From Rhizaria sp. SCN 62-66 (lineage: Eukaryota), in NCBI GenBank assembly GCA_001724265.1, contig MEDY01000105.1, positions 62,001 to 96,891 on the forward strand: a stretch of DNA of 34,891 bases, given 5' to 3'. Shown piece after piece: positions 10,478 to 21,971 of the stretch (position 1 is the first letter of the stretch; each line of letters starts with the position of its first letter). The position numbers and the translations under genes are program-made. The notes below the pieces were generated by a model. It was not told the origin of the DNA, ran no database searches, and was given only the letters and a program-made list of their open reading frames with translations.

Positions 10478-13465
10478 TTAGTTCTCCAGCGCGCCCGAGA
10501 TTGTCTCCGTCTGCCTGTCATAGTACCGGTGCGTCCTCAGATTGGCCTCCACAAACGCGGCCACCACCCTCTGCGCCTCGGTCTGCGCCTGCTCGGTCTG
10601 AGACTGCGCCTGCGACAACTTGTTACCCACTGCGACCGCGGTGCTCTGGAGCGTGACGACGCCGTTGCCCGCGCCCTCCTCCGCCCCGGCCCCCGCCTCT
10701 GCAAGCACCGCCGCGCCCTCGGTGCCATCGCATACCGGCTTGCCGTGCTCCAGCGCCGCCGTCACCAGCGCGATCACGTTGCGCCACCCGCCGCGGTCCC
10801 ATTGCGGCGGCGCGGCGCCCTGCGCAGGCGCTGGGCGGCGGCCGTGCGCGCCCGCCTCGGCGCCCCTGAGGACGAAGACGCTCGTGAACGCGGCCGGGTT
10901 GGCCGTCGACGCCGGCACCGTAGCCGCGCCGCCCGGGAGCACGGTGCCGTCCGCCAGCGCCACGGGCGCCGCCGTCGGGGTGACCGTGAGCAGCTGCAGC
11001 CCCAGCGCCGAGGCGCGCGCCCGCAGCGCGGCCCACTGCTCCCCACAGGCGCCCGGCGCGGCGACGACGGCGACCTTACGGCCGGCCAGCCCCGCGGCCC
11101 CAGGCCCCTGCGGCCGGTCCATGCTCAGCGCGGCGGACCGCGGCAGCCGGCCGACGGCGCCGCCGCCGCTGCCTTCGCAGTACTCCGGCCCGCGCAGCTC
11201 GCTCTCTGTGCCTTCGCCCGCGCCGGCGGGCTTGGGGACCGGCGCGGCTGCGCGCGCGACGTCGATGGTGACGCCGATGCGGGCCGCCACGGCGCGCGCG
11301 AGCGCCATGTCGACCTTGCAGAGCATATTGTGCACGGCGTTGGCGCGTACGACGGCGCTCTCGACGTTGTTGAGCTCGAACGAGAAGGCCGACACCACGT
11401 GCGCCCGCTCCCAGGGCGCGAGCGAGTTCCAGAACAGACGCGCCTGCGAGAAGTGGTCCTGGAATGACCGCGCGCGCGCACGCATCTTGCGGCCCTGCAC
11501 GCGCGCGGGGACGGTCTGGAAGCCTGTTGCGTTGGCGGCCTCGGCGCCGCTGGGGATGGGTGTCGCCGAGGGCTCGCGCGCAGACGGGAAATAGTTGACT
11601 TTGCCGCGCAGGTTGCTGTAGCGCATGGCGCCGTTTTGCGTCATGTTCATGACGGGGCACAGCGGGAAGTTGATCGGCAGCTGGTGAAAATTGGGGCCGA
11701 GACGCGTGATTTGCGTGTCCAAATACGAGAAGAGACGGCCCTGCAGCAGAGGGTCATCGCTGAAGTCGATGCCCGGAATCGTGTGCGCAGGGCAAAAGGC
11801 GACCTGTATGCGCGCGCAATTTGACAAAGTGTGGTTGAAAAGTTAGCTTGAGCGGGGTTTTATGAAATCTACGTCGATTCAACATGATAAACTGAAAACC
11901 ATTTGTTGGGGCTTGTGAGATACTCATGTGTAGCCGTACCTGCTCTGTCTCGGCGAAGAAGTTCTCCGGGTTACGGTCCAGCACGAGCCTGCCCAGCTCC
12001 CTGATGGGCACCAGCTCCTCCGGAATCAGTTTGGTTGCATCCAACGGGTCGATGCCGAGCTCTTTCAGACAGCGCCTGCGGCCGCCAGGCAACACCTGGA
12101 CGCCCATGGTCCACTCGAGCGTGCCGCCGTTGTCGATAGTCTCGTACAAGTGCCTGCGGTGCGCGTCGCAGTCGCGGCCCGCGCCGGTCTGCACCTCACT
12201 CCAGGTCATGCTGGCCAGTCCGGCAACGGGCTTGAAGTGGAACTTGACCAGCACGGCGCCGGGGCCCAAGCTCTCGTCGTCCTCGTCCTCGTCGCTGTCG
12301 CTGTTGTCAGGGCTCTTGTCGCCGCTCGTGCCCTTTGCGTTCGTGCTCACGACGTCGGTGCGGAACTTGTATGTGTTGACGCCGAAGCCCTCCATGTGCG
12401 CGAAGTTGAGTGGGAGCGCGCGGTCAGACATCGTCCACATCACCATGTGCGTCGTCTCAGGAGTCAGCGAGACAAAGTCCCAGAAGCTGTCGTGTGCCGA
12501 GCCGCCCTACAAAATCGCGGCCAAATAGGCGAAATGGGACTTATTTCAGCATATATAGTATTCATGTTTTCTACAGCTTAGATTCATGTCGAGAAACACC
12601 TTGAACACGACTGTACACACAAACTGACACTGAGATTGTAAACGTACTTGCGGCATCTCGTGGTGCGGCTCGGGCTTCACTGCGTGCACGATGTCGGGGA
12701 ACTTGATGGCGTCCTGGATGAAGAAGACGGGAATGTTGTTGCCGACCAGGTCCCAGTTGCCCGTGGCCGTCTTAAACTTGATCGCGAAGCCGCGCACATC
12801 GCGCACGAGATCGTTCGCGCCACGGGCGCCCTGCACCGTCGAGAAGCGCACGAACACGGGCGTGCGGAGGCCAGCGCGCGAGAAGAGCGAGGCTTTGGTG
12901 ATGTCCGTTGCCGGATTTGTGCACTCGAAGTAGCCGTGCGCAGCTGACCCGCGCGCGTGGACAACGCGCTCCGGAATGCGTTCGTGGTCGAAGTGTTGCA
13001 CGCGCTCGCGGAAGACGTGGTCTTCGAGCAAGCGCGGGCCTGAAGGACCAGCGGAGAGGGTGCTGTCGATTGTAGACACGACTGCGCCTTGGTTTGTTGT
13101 CATCAAAGGCGGGGGCGACGCAGAAGCCTGCACTGGACGAGTAGAGGACTGTGCTTGGGCCACTTGACGTGAAGGCGCAGGGCCGCCAGCGCCAAAGCCA
13201 TAGGGGCACTGAGAGGGCGAATATATCGCAGAATATGACGATATTATAGGATTGAGGTGAGATAAATGTGTGTTTTGTGTTGTGCTTTAAGTTATTCGGT
13301 CTTCATTGTTGTGATATCTCTTGCTGTTTTTCAGCTTTTCACTCAACACGCAGCTGCAGTGGGTCTGTCACGCATATCATCATACAAGACGGATGAACAA
13401 GTCATTGCTTTGTTGCAATGCAATTGCTTCATTTTTGAACGAACCTTAGGTTTATCGTCAGACAT
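10478..13465 (-). CDS. katE: Large-subunit (clade 2, HPII/KatE-type) heme catalase, ~824 aa (exons 13465-13445, 13208-12648, 12506-11940, 11803-10478)
   Basis: [15 protein letters not shown] (distal His), [45 protein letters not shown] (proximal Tyr), [15 protein letters not shown], and a C-terminal DJ-1/PfpI-like domain starting at GRKVAVVA. Three phase-0 introns (GTTCGT, GTACGT and GTACGG donors). Exon 1 (MSDDKPK) is the least certain part. Confidence 0.93.
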
Positions 13466-13773
13466 TGACGCCTTAAAGACAATGTATAAGCTTGTTCAAG
13501 TGGGAGCTGGAGCGTGGCGCTGGCTCGTCACAGGCCACTACGATATTTCTTTTCAAGTGGCTCCATAATCTGGTCAAGATTTTGACAAGGCTCCGACGTA
13601 TTGTCGTATTTATTCATTAATTTTGTGTACAACAGTTAATTTTTCTGGAATATGTATTGATTTTCAATATATGTTAAATTAAACGCTGATATGCCCCGCT
13701 TTAAGTCATTTTCGCCTTTGATTAACTTTCGCGCGCTCCCTCTATTCGCAGTACTGACTGGACCCACTCGAAG

Positions 13774-14610
13774 ATGCTGTTTGAGACCAGCAACGCGACG
13801 GACTTGCTCGCGGGCACAACAGCGCTGCATTTAGCGCTTACGGCGTGCCTTTACGCACACCGGCTCCGCACATACTTCAACTCGCGTCGCCGCAAGCTCC
13901 ATCTGGCCCCACGTCTCACGCCCGTCTCGATGCCTTCCACCTACTCCGCGTCGCCATACTCGTCGTCCTCGAGCTCATCTCTTTCGCCCACCTCGGACTC
14001 ACCGACGGAGTACTCTCAACCGCAGCTAAGCGCCCCTGGCAAGCCCGTGCTGACCGGGGTCGAGATGGCTCTGCACCAGGCGCGCGCCGAGTCGCTGCGA
14101 GACCTCCCGCTCCTCACCGTCTTCGCCTTCGCCGCCAGTCTGCGCTTCGCCGGCCGCAACGCGTTCAAGCCCACAGTGGACCGCGTTGCGCCCTGGCTGT
14201 TCGCGGCGCAGACTGTGCGCTCACTCTCGCACCTGCTGCCCGTCGTCGCCGCAGGATGGCGTAGTCTCCGCCTCCGCCGCGCGCGCGCGTGGGCGCTAGC
14301 GCAGCTGCAGCAGCGGCGCCAGCAGCAGCTGGAACTGCAACAGCAGCTGCAGCGGGAGCAGGAGGAGAAGTACGGCATCGACAGCACTGATGCGCGCAAC
14401 TACATCAACACGAGCGCCGGGGTCACCCCTTTGAGCAAGTTCGACGATGCTGGTAGCCCGCGCGTCAGCTCCGATGTCGAGGACGCGATCAGCGTCGAGC
14501 AGTCGCGCCTCAACGCGCTGGTCTGGGCCGAGCGCGCGCGCTTTGGTGCCAAGACGGTGCAGTACGGTGTGGCCGGCTACTGGGTGCTGCGCTACTACAA
14601 CGTCATCTAA
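13774..14610 (+). CDS. Hypothetical multi-pass membrane protein, possibly MAPEG-fold, 278 aa
   Basis: Intronless GC-rich ORF from ATG to TAA bounded by AT-rich DNA, with about four hydrophobic segments. ALHQARAESLRDLPLL...LFAAQTVRSLSH loosely resembles MAPEG spacing; the family call is weak. Confidence 0.75.
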   Translation: MLFETSNATDLLAGTTALHLALTACLYAHRLRTYFNSRRRKLHLAPRLTPVSMPSTYSASPYSSSSSSSLSPTSDSPTEYSQPQLSAPGKPVLTGVEMALHQARAESLRDLPLLTVFAFAASLRFAGRNAFKPTVDRVAPWLFAAQTVRSLSHLLPVVAAGWRSLRLRRARAWALAQLQQRRQQQLELQQQLQREQEEKYGIDSTDARNYINTSAGVTPLSKFDDAGSPRVSSDVEDAISVEQSRLNALVWAERARFGAKTVQYGVAGYWVLRYYNVI

Positions 14611-14996
14611 GGGCGGAAGTGCGAAAAAGATATGACTGACAATGGAAGACAAAGAAAAATGTAAAATGAAATCACGTATACTCCTTTAAAAACAAAATCA
14701 ATGAGAGCAGCAAGCAAAAAATACAAAAACACACATTTCAACCATGTCCGAACATGATAAGAACAAAGACAGAAAGTAGAGAAGATCGAGTGTATTGCTA
14801 AGCAACGGACAACGCACGCGGACTAGTAGACTGACAAACAGGCCAAGAGCAGCGAGACGCAAACAAGAGAGAAAGAGTTAATAACTTATATAAAGAGCAC
14901 GCGTTAGAAGAAAGAACCAGATGAGTTGAGACCATAATGAAACACTTACTAACACGCAGCACTCTTATAGAACTAAATTACATACACGTATGGCAC

Positions 14997-16530
14997 TTAG
15001 ATGTCGTAGATGCCCTTGCCGTCAGCCTTGGCCTTGACGTCGCCGAAGACAATGCCCTGAGCGAGGGGAAGGTCCTTGGAGTAGTTGACGGTGATAGTCT
15101 GGCGACGGCAGTACGCCTTCCAGGCATCGGAGCCGGACTCGCGGCCGCCACCGGTGGCCTTCTCGCCGTGGAAGACGGCGGCCTGGTTGCGGGTGAAGAG
15201 CGAGGACGAGAGACCCTGGTCGACGCCGTTGTTAAGTGCAATGGCCTCCTCGAGGGTCTTGACCTTGACGAGGTAGAGCAGAGGCGCAAAGAGCTCCTCC
15301 TGCATCATGGCCGCGCCCTTGGGCATCTCGGCGATGGCGGGCAAGACGAAGTTGCCGGGGCCGTCGACCTTGATGCCGCCGTAGGCGATCTTGCCGCCCT
15401 CCTTGGGGACGCGCGCGACGTACTCGAGGAACTTGTTCACGGCGGCCTCGTTGTGCAGAGGGCCCATGAGCGTGCCCTTGTGCAGGGGGTTGCCGATGGG
15501 GACGGTCCTGACGAGGGCATCGCGGACCTTGTCATAGACGTCCTCGTGGATGATGAGGCGGCGCAGCGACGTGCAGCGCTGGCCAGCAGTGCCGACGGCG
15601 CCGAAGACGGCGGACATGACGGCCATGTCAATGTCGGCGTCGGGCATGATGATTGTGGCGTTGTTGCCGCCGAGCTCGAGGATGTGCTTGCCGAAGCGGG
15701 ACGCGACCGTAGACGCGACCTTGCGGCCGACGTGGGTGCTGCCGGTGAAGGACACGAGGGCGGTCTTCTCGTCCTCGACCATGGCCTGGCCGACGTCGGC
15801 CTCGCCGAGGAAAAGGCCGTTGATGCTCTCGTAGCCGTGCTTGGCGAGGACCTCGTTGACGACCTTGGTGAGCGCGATGGCGATGAGGGAGCCCGTGGGC
15901 GCGGGCTTGAGCACGTTGGTGTTACCACAGACCATCGACAGCGCGGCGTTCCAGAAGTACACGGCGGCGGGGAAGTTGAATGCGGTGATGATGCCGACGT
16001 TGCCCTTGAGGGGCAGCCAGCGCTCCATCATGAAGTGGTCGGGGCGCTCGGAGGGGATGACGGAGCCACCGACCTGGCGGGAGAGGCCGAGGGCGAACTC
16101 GCAGATGTCGATGCCTTCCGAGAGCCTCGGGCATGATCTTGCCCATCTCGAGCGAGATGATGGTGGCCAGTGACTCCTTGTGCGCGCGGAGAGCCTCGCC
16201 GAGGTCGCGGACGATTTGGCCGCGCACGGGGGCGGGCAGACGGGCCCACTTGTCGCGCTGGCTGTCGAGGGCGCCGATGTGCTGCGCATAGTCCTCCGCG
16301 GTCGCGAAGCTAATCTTGGCGAGCACCTCGTTAGTCGAAGGGTCAGAGATCGCGAAGTCCTTGCCGGAGCCCTTGATCCACTTGCCATTGACGCAGATAC
16401 CGGCGTGGCCGTCGGTGATGCCGTAGCGGGCGAGAGCCTCCTTGGCGGAGGTCGAGAAGGCTGCCAGGGGGGCAGACTTGGAGAACAGGGGCTTAGACGC
16501 CTTAGACGCGCGGATGGTACGGCCTAACAT
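14997..16530 (-). CDS. ALDH7A1: ALDH7/antiquitin (alpha-aminoadipate semialdehyde dehydrogenase) copy A with mitochondrial-type presequence; three internal deletions as assembled (one frameshifting)
   Basis: Motifs PAPVRGQIVR, GIITAFNFP, LVSFTGST, LELGGNNA, GTAGQRCT (catalytic Cys), EELFAP and GGGRESGSDAWKAY. The N-terminus MLGRTIRASKASKPLFSKSAPLAAFST is basic, Ser-rich and acid-free. Deletion junctions at 16119/16118, 15508/15507 and 15168/15167. Intact gene versus pseudogene is unresolved. Confidence 0.9.
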
Positions 16531-17459
16531 GCTCGATCTGAAGAGGCAGAATATGAAAACAAAGCAAGGCAGAAGGAAAGCGAGGGGTCAGCCCAGAACA
16601 AGAAGACAGGGCGAAATGGTGGAGGGGCAAGCATATTCGCATGATTCTGATGAACCCAGCAGATCTCATCAAAACACGCGCTATAGCGAATCAGTGCTGT
16701 GTCGGATCTCAGCAAAAAATCGCCCCATATGCCTTTTGTGTGCTGAAAAACCACGTGCGCGATGCTTGCAAAAGGTTCTTCGTCACTAACATCCGGCCTC
16801 GGGCACATGCCGACTTGTCGCGCACATTGTGCATTTTAGCACGTGAAATTTAACTAACATGTAATAATCAACCGTGCATGTATGATATCCAAAATATGGC
16901 GCTATCCAACGACACTGGCGATCGTGACAATCAGTGGAAGTGTCTGGCCCAGTCGCTCCCGGTGCGCTCACGACTTAACTTTGTCCTGGCCGGTCAATCG
17001 CAAATCGGTCGGTCGGTCTGCCAGCCAGTCAAAGCGACTCACCACGAGCGTCCAAAAAGGGAAAAGTATTGGGTTCATCGGGCGGCATTCCAGCTCCGTT
17101 GAACGCCGAGGCAGGGTCAATGGGAGGAAGTCGTTATGTAATTGTGTCGTGAACTACATTTGCGACTTCAGTGTGTGGCGTTGGAAACGCCCGGGGATTT
17201 GACCCATAAACTTGGCGACGTGGACAGCACTCCACACTGGAGCGCTTGACCCACCGTAATTCCGAGCCGCACTATCCCTTTATGGCCATCTGTACCGTCA
17301 TCGTTTTGCGTTTTTGTTTCTCATCTACCAGTCGGCTTGTCCCTCCTTGTTTTAGCTCTTCTTTCGCTTTTTCCAACTCGGTAGGCGACCAAACTCAGCC
17401 CAGCTCCCGAAGCAGCCACTACTTCCCCCTCGGCCGCCCCGCGCCCCCCTGGCGATCCA

Positions 17460-18584
17460 ATGTCTAGGCAAAACAAGTACGTCGCCCCACCAGCCAAGTC
17501 CCCTCGGTGATTTTTTAACTGCCCCTGTGCATCAGCGCTCCAAGTGTCGTCGTTACTTCGTGCATCACTCTCCGGGAGCACTCGCTCTCTCGCTCTTCCT
17601 CTTATTGTATCTCACTTGTTTATGTCTACTGTGCTCTCTGCTTGCTCTGTGATTTTGTCCACAGGAGCCTCGGCCCCAATGCGCAGCTCTCAACCGACAT
17701 CGAGGCGCTGCGCCGCTGCAACAACCGCCTCGAGCGCTGTACGTTTGTAACTGTTGCCTCATGTCAACCGTGCTCCCTCATATCGTGTCCTTTCAATGCG
17801 AAACTTCCCTTTAGTCTTACCCTGACCGTGAATTCTATTTTTTCCTGCTACTTTCTACTTTTGCTTGACCTTCCCCGCGTTGTGGTATCATCTCGCTCAT
17901 GTTTTATTTCACACAACAGCCTTGTCAAAGCTCGGCGGCGCCGGCGACAACGACGACTTCCGTGGCCAGCTCAAGGCTGACCGCGACAGCGCCAAGGCCC
18001 TGTGCGTCAAGATCCTCCAGGCGATCAACGCGAACAAGGGCCACAGCACTGACCCGATGCACACTCAGATTAACAATGACTTCGCCAAGGAGTTAAACAA
18101 GTACGAGAACATCACGCGCGAGCTCTCGAAGCGCGACCAGCAGATCCTCCAGTCCCTCGGCGGCAGCGGCAACAAGGCCGCGCACGGCGACTACGGCACG
18201 AGCGGGTACGCGGGCGACCGCGAGACGGGCTACGGCGACGCCGACGACGCGCCGATGATGCTGTCGCGCGAGCAGATGGAGCAGGTCAACATCGCGCAGC
18301 TGCGCGAGCGCCAGCAGGCCATCGTGGCCGTGCAGCGCGACGTGGAGGAGATCCATGCCATGTTCACCGACCTGCAGACGATTGTGGAGAAGGACGGCGA
18401 GGTGCTCGACAGCATCGAGGAGCGCGTGGCGACGACGTACGAGCAGGCCGCCGAGGCGCTGCCTGCGCTGCAGGAGGCTGAGGACTACCAAAAGCGCGCG
18501 CGCCGCAAGAAGTGCTGCATGATGATGATTCTTGTCATTGTGCTTTCAATTATCGTTATCGGCGTGTGGCAGGGACTCGCGTAA
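17460..18584 (+). CDS. Qa-SNARE syntaxin, endosomal (Stx7/12/Pep12-like), 251 aa (exons 17460-17476, 17665-17738, 17920-18584)
   Basis: Habc-like SKLGGAGDNDDFRGQLK, SNARE motif LRERQQAIVAVQRDVEEIHAMFTDLQTIVEKDGEVLDSIEERV, and a basic juxtamembrane segment before the C-terminal TM anchor. Two GTACGT...CAG introns preserve frame. Confidence 0.9.
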
Positions 18585-19040
18585 AGTCTGTGTCAACGCT
18601 GTGCGGGTTCTTTAACTGCGAAATGCAATGCTGATAGCTCCAACCAAGATATGACTTACGAGAGCTGTTGGCTTTGCCTATGCAAGGTATAATTTTGTGG
18701 TGTTGGTTATTATTGTGTACAGTTATATATATACAAAGTATATTTTCATTATATCATCATCGCTTTCCCGATAGATCTTATCAACAACTTGAAAAATACG
18801 TGCAAATGACTTCTCAGAGCGCGTCCACCACAAACCTTGCGATGGCCAGCTTCGAGAAGACCCGGATCACGAAGAAGCTATAGCTCGCGATCTTGTTCAT
18901 GAAACCGCCATCTTATTGTGATAGTTGTACTATAGATGCTTTTTTGCTATGCTTTTGAAATGAACACCTGCATATCCGCGCTTTAACTCACCGGTACACC
19001 CCTCCATAACATGCCTTCTCAACCGTACACAGAGATCCGG

Positions 19041-20499
19041 ATGTCTTCTATCCAGGCGTCGACTTTCGAGAAGTACGGCATCAAGGACGGCCACGCCGCT
19101 GTCTTCGCCGGTGGCAAGTGGCACCAGGGCACCGGTGCGTCCACCACCATCAACAACCCGTCTTCTGGCGAGAAGCTGTGCACGTTTAACTTCGCCAGCG
19201 CAGCCGACTACGCCAAGCACGTCGGCGAGGTCGATGCGCAGCGCCGCAAGTGGGCCACCCTGCCCGCCCCCGTGCGCGGCCAGATTGTGCGGGACCTCGG
19301 TGAGGCCCTCCGTGCCCACAAGGAGTCGCTCGCGTCGATCATCTCTCTCGAGATGGGCAAGATCTACCCCGAGGCCCTCGGCGAGGTCCAGGAAGGCATC
19401 GACATCTGCGAGTTCGCCCTCGGCCTCTCCCGCCAGGTCGGTGGCTCCGTCATCCCCTCCGAGCGCCCCGACCACCACCGCGTTCAACTTCCCCTTCGCC
19501 GTCTTCTTCTGGAACGCTGCTCTCGCGCTCGTGTGCGGCAACACTCTCGTCTTCAAGCCCGCGCCCACGGGCTCCCTCATCGCCATCGCGCTCACCAAGG
19601 TTGTCGATGAGGTTCTCGCCAAGCACGGCTACAGTAGTATCACCGCGACGTTCCTGGGCGACGCCGACATCGGTCAGGCGCTCGTGGACGACCACAACTC
19701 TGCGCTCGTGTCCTTCACCGGCAGCACCCACGTCGGCCGCAAAGTCGCGTCTACGGTCGCGTCCCGCTTCGGCAAGCACATCCTCGAGCTCGGCGGCAAC
19801 AACGCGACTGTGGTGATGCCCGACGCAGACCTGGACATGGTCATCATGTCCGCCGTCTTCGGCGCCGTCGGCACTGCCGGCCAGCGCTGCACGTCGCTGC
19901 GCCGTCTGCTGATCCACGAGGACGTCTACGACCAGGTTCGCGACGGGCTTGTCAGCGCCTACAAGACCGTCCCCATCGGCAACCCCCTGCACAAGGGCAC
20001 GCTCATGGGCCCTCTGCACAACGAGGCCGCCGTGAACAAGTTCCTCGAGCGGCAAGATCGCTATTGGCGGCACCCGCGTCGAGGGCCCCGGCCACTTCGT
20101 GCACCCGGCCATTGCCGAGATGCCCAAGGGCGCGGCTATGATGCAGGAGGAGCTGTTCGCGCCCCTCCTGTACCTGGTCAAGATCAAGACGCTCGAGGAG
20201 GCGATCGAGATCAACAACGGTGTCGAGCAGGGTCTGACCTCGTCGCTCTTCACCCGCAACCAGGCCGCCGTCTTCCACTGGACCGGCCCCCTCGGCTCCG
20301 ACTGCGGTATCGCCAACGTCAACATCGGCACCTCCGGCGCTGCGGCCGCGAGTCCGGCTCCGATGCCTGGAAGGCGTACTGCCGTCGCCAGACTATCACC
20401 GTCAACTACTCCAAGGACCTGCCTCTGGCGCAGGGCATTACGTTCGGCGAGAGCAAGAACAAGGAGACCGGCAAGAGCATCTACGATGTCACTCCCTAA
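19041..20499 (+). CDS. ALDH7A1: ALDH7/antiquitin copy B without presequence (likely cytosolic); three frameshifting deletions as assembled
   Basis: Same ALDH7 motifs distributed over three frames (ORFs 19011, 19111 and 20099). Deletion junctions at 19475/19476, 20049/20050 and 20341/20342. An alternative in-frame ATG lies at 19011. Intact gene versus pseudogene is unresolved. Confidence 0.9.
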
Positions 20500-21302
20500 G
20501 CGAAACATGGCGAATGTGATGTGACTCCGGGGTGAACTCTTGTGACTTAGCGTCTAGTTGTGTGACACACGATACTCCAAGTACAAATATTAAGCTAGTG
20601 AGTATGACAGATGTATGACAATGTGATAAATACATGTATACATTGTTTGATTATCGATTAACAAAATCTCTTTTATTGCGCTGCCTCTCGACGACTCCTA
20701 ATCTCAATAAAGAACCACTATGAAAAGTGCTGTTGATATGATTTCTGTATTAGGTTAGATTTATCAATAATAGATTCAAGTATTACGATATAATATTATA
20801 TAATCCATGTGCACACGAGCGCCCCAGTCCTACGTGGCGGTCATCAGCTCCACGTAGTCCTGTCTACAGCGACGGCGGCTCTCACCGACAGACGAAATAG
20901 GCACAAATGTGACAATATTTCGCACTATGTCGCTCCATCTGCTCTTGTGTTCTCTCCCTTCCCGTTCTTCTTAGTACTAGATATGAAAATTTGTGCGACT
21001 CAACGCACAGCAAAGCAAACATGCACGCATAGACGGTGCTATCGTATCGTTGTTGTCAAGTGCAACTTAGCTCAAGTCACCCCAGCCTACATGGAAGTAC
21101 AGCTGGGGGAAAAGCGCAGTCGTTGTTAAACAGTGTCAGTGATTATGTTGCTGTTGCACTTGATACCGTCCCAGCACAACACTGTTGTGCCGTAACAGAG
21201 CAGTATAGTTATACGACAGTGTGTGTTGTGTTGTGCATCGTAGCTTAATATGAAGCCGTTGCTTATTTGCTTTTGTTTGTTTGTGTGCTTTGTTGGCTAT
21301 GT

Positions 21303-21971
21303 TTACTTCATTTGAATGTCTCCAGACGCGTTATCGGGCGAGTATGCCTTCTTATTGATGGAGAACGGCACGTACTTGTACTTGATCATGTGCTGGATCT
21401 GCTTCTTCATCATGAGCACGAAGAGGAAGATGAAGTACACGACTAGGATGGGCCAGAAAACGGGGATGTTGAAGACAGAAAAGAACGTCAGCGTGGTGGC
21501 AATGAGCACGGCGCGAATGCACGCGTACCAGAACTTGAACTCCGGCAGACGGCGAAAAAAGGGCCGGTACTCGTCGCTCTCTGAGGTCGGCAACAGGCCG
21601 GAGCCGGAGCCGGAGTCGAGCTCGCTCTCGTCCAGCGGCGTAATAAAGGCAAGGAACACGTTGAGCAGATAGATGCCGAGACCGTACGTCACGATGTGGA
21701 ATGCCTGGAGCGTGAGGACGCGGTATGTGTAGTAGGTGGCGAAGACAGCGAAGGCGAGCCAGCGGTACTTGAGGTGGCCGATGGACATGTTGGTGTAGAC
21801 CTCGGTGCGCGAGTCAATCCAGTTGATCGTAGGGAGCATGAAGGCAGGCCAGGGAATGCCGCCCTCGTTGCTTGCGCCATAGACTGCGCAGTTGCTGGCG
21901 CTGGACGACTGGCGGTAGTCGGGCGCGTTGAAGCTCGACGGGCCGGGAGTGTCCTCCAATAACGACTGCAT
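21303..21971 (-). CDS. RER1: RER1 (Golgi-to-ER retrieval receptor), ~222 aa
   Basis: IVTYGLGIYLLNVFLAFITP, LPTSESDEYRPFFRRLPEFKFW, FNIPVFWPILVVYF and QIQHMIKYKYVPF are diagnostic Rer1 motifs. The start is taken at ATG 21971; an upstream exon is possible. Confidence 0.93.
   Translation of the reverse strand: MQSLLEDTPGPSSFNAPDYRQSSSASNCAVYGASNEGGIPWPAFMLPTINWIDSRTEVYTNMSIGHLKYRWLAFAVFATYYTYRVLTLQAFHIVTYGLGIYLLNVFLAFITPLDESELDSGSGSGLLPTSESDEYRPFFRRLPEFKFWYACIRAVLIATTLTFFSVFNIPVFWPILVVYFIFLFVLMMKKQIQHMIKYKYVPFSINKKAYSPDNASGDIQMK

Noticed and set aside
16110-16125. ALDH deletions as spliced-out GC-AG micro-introns (retrocopy), or repair by programmed frameshifting or RNA editing
   Set aside because: Only the 11-nt deletion can be drawn as GC...AG. 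The others lack splice ends, and conserved residues are physically missing, so frameshifting could not restore them.
15167-20342. The two ALDH copies complementing each other by trans-splicing or recombination
   Set aside because: The conserved EIGGAFG segment is absent from both copies, so no mosaic yields a complete enzyme.
8745-21971. NECAP, syntaxin and RER1 as a membrane-trafficking gene cluster
   Set aside because: They act at different compartments, are interspersed with unrelated genes, and trafficking genes are common enough for chance proximity.
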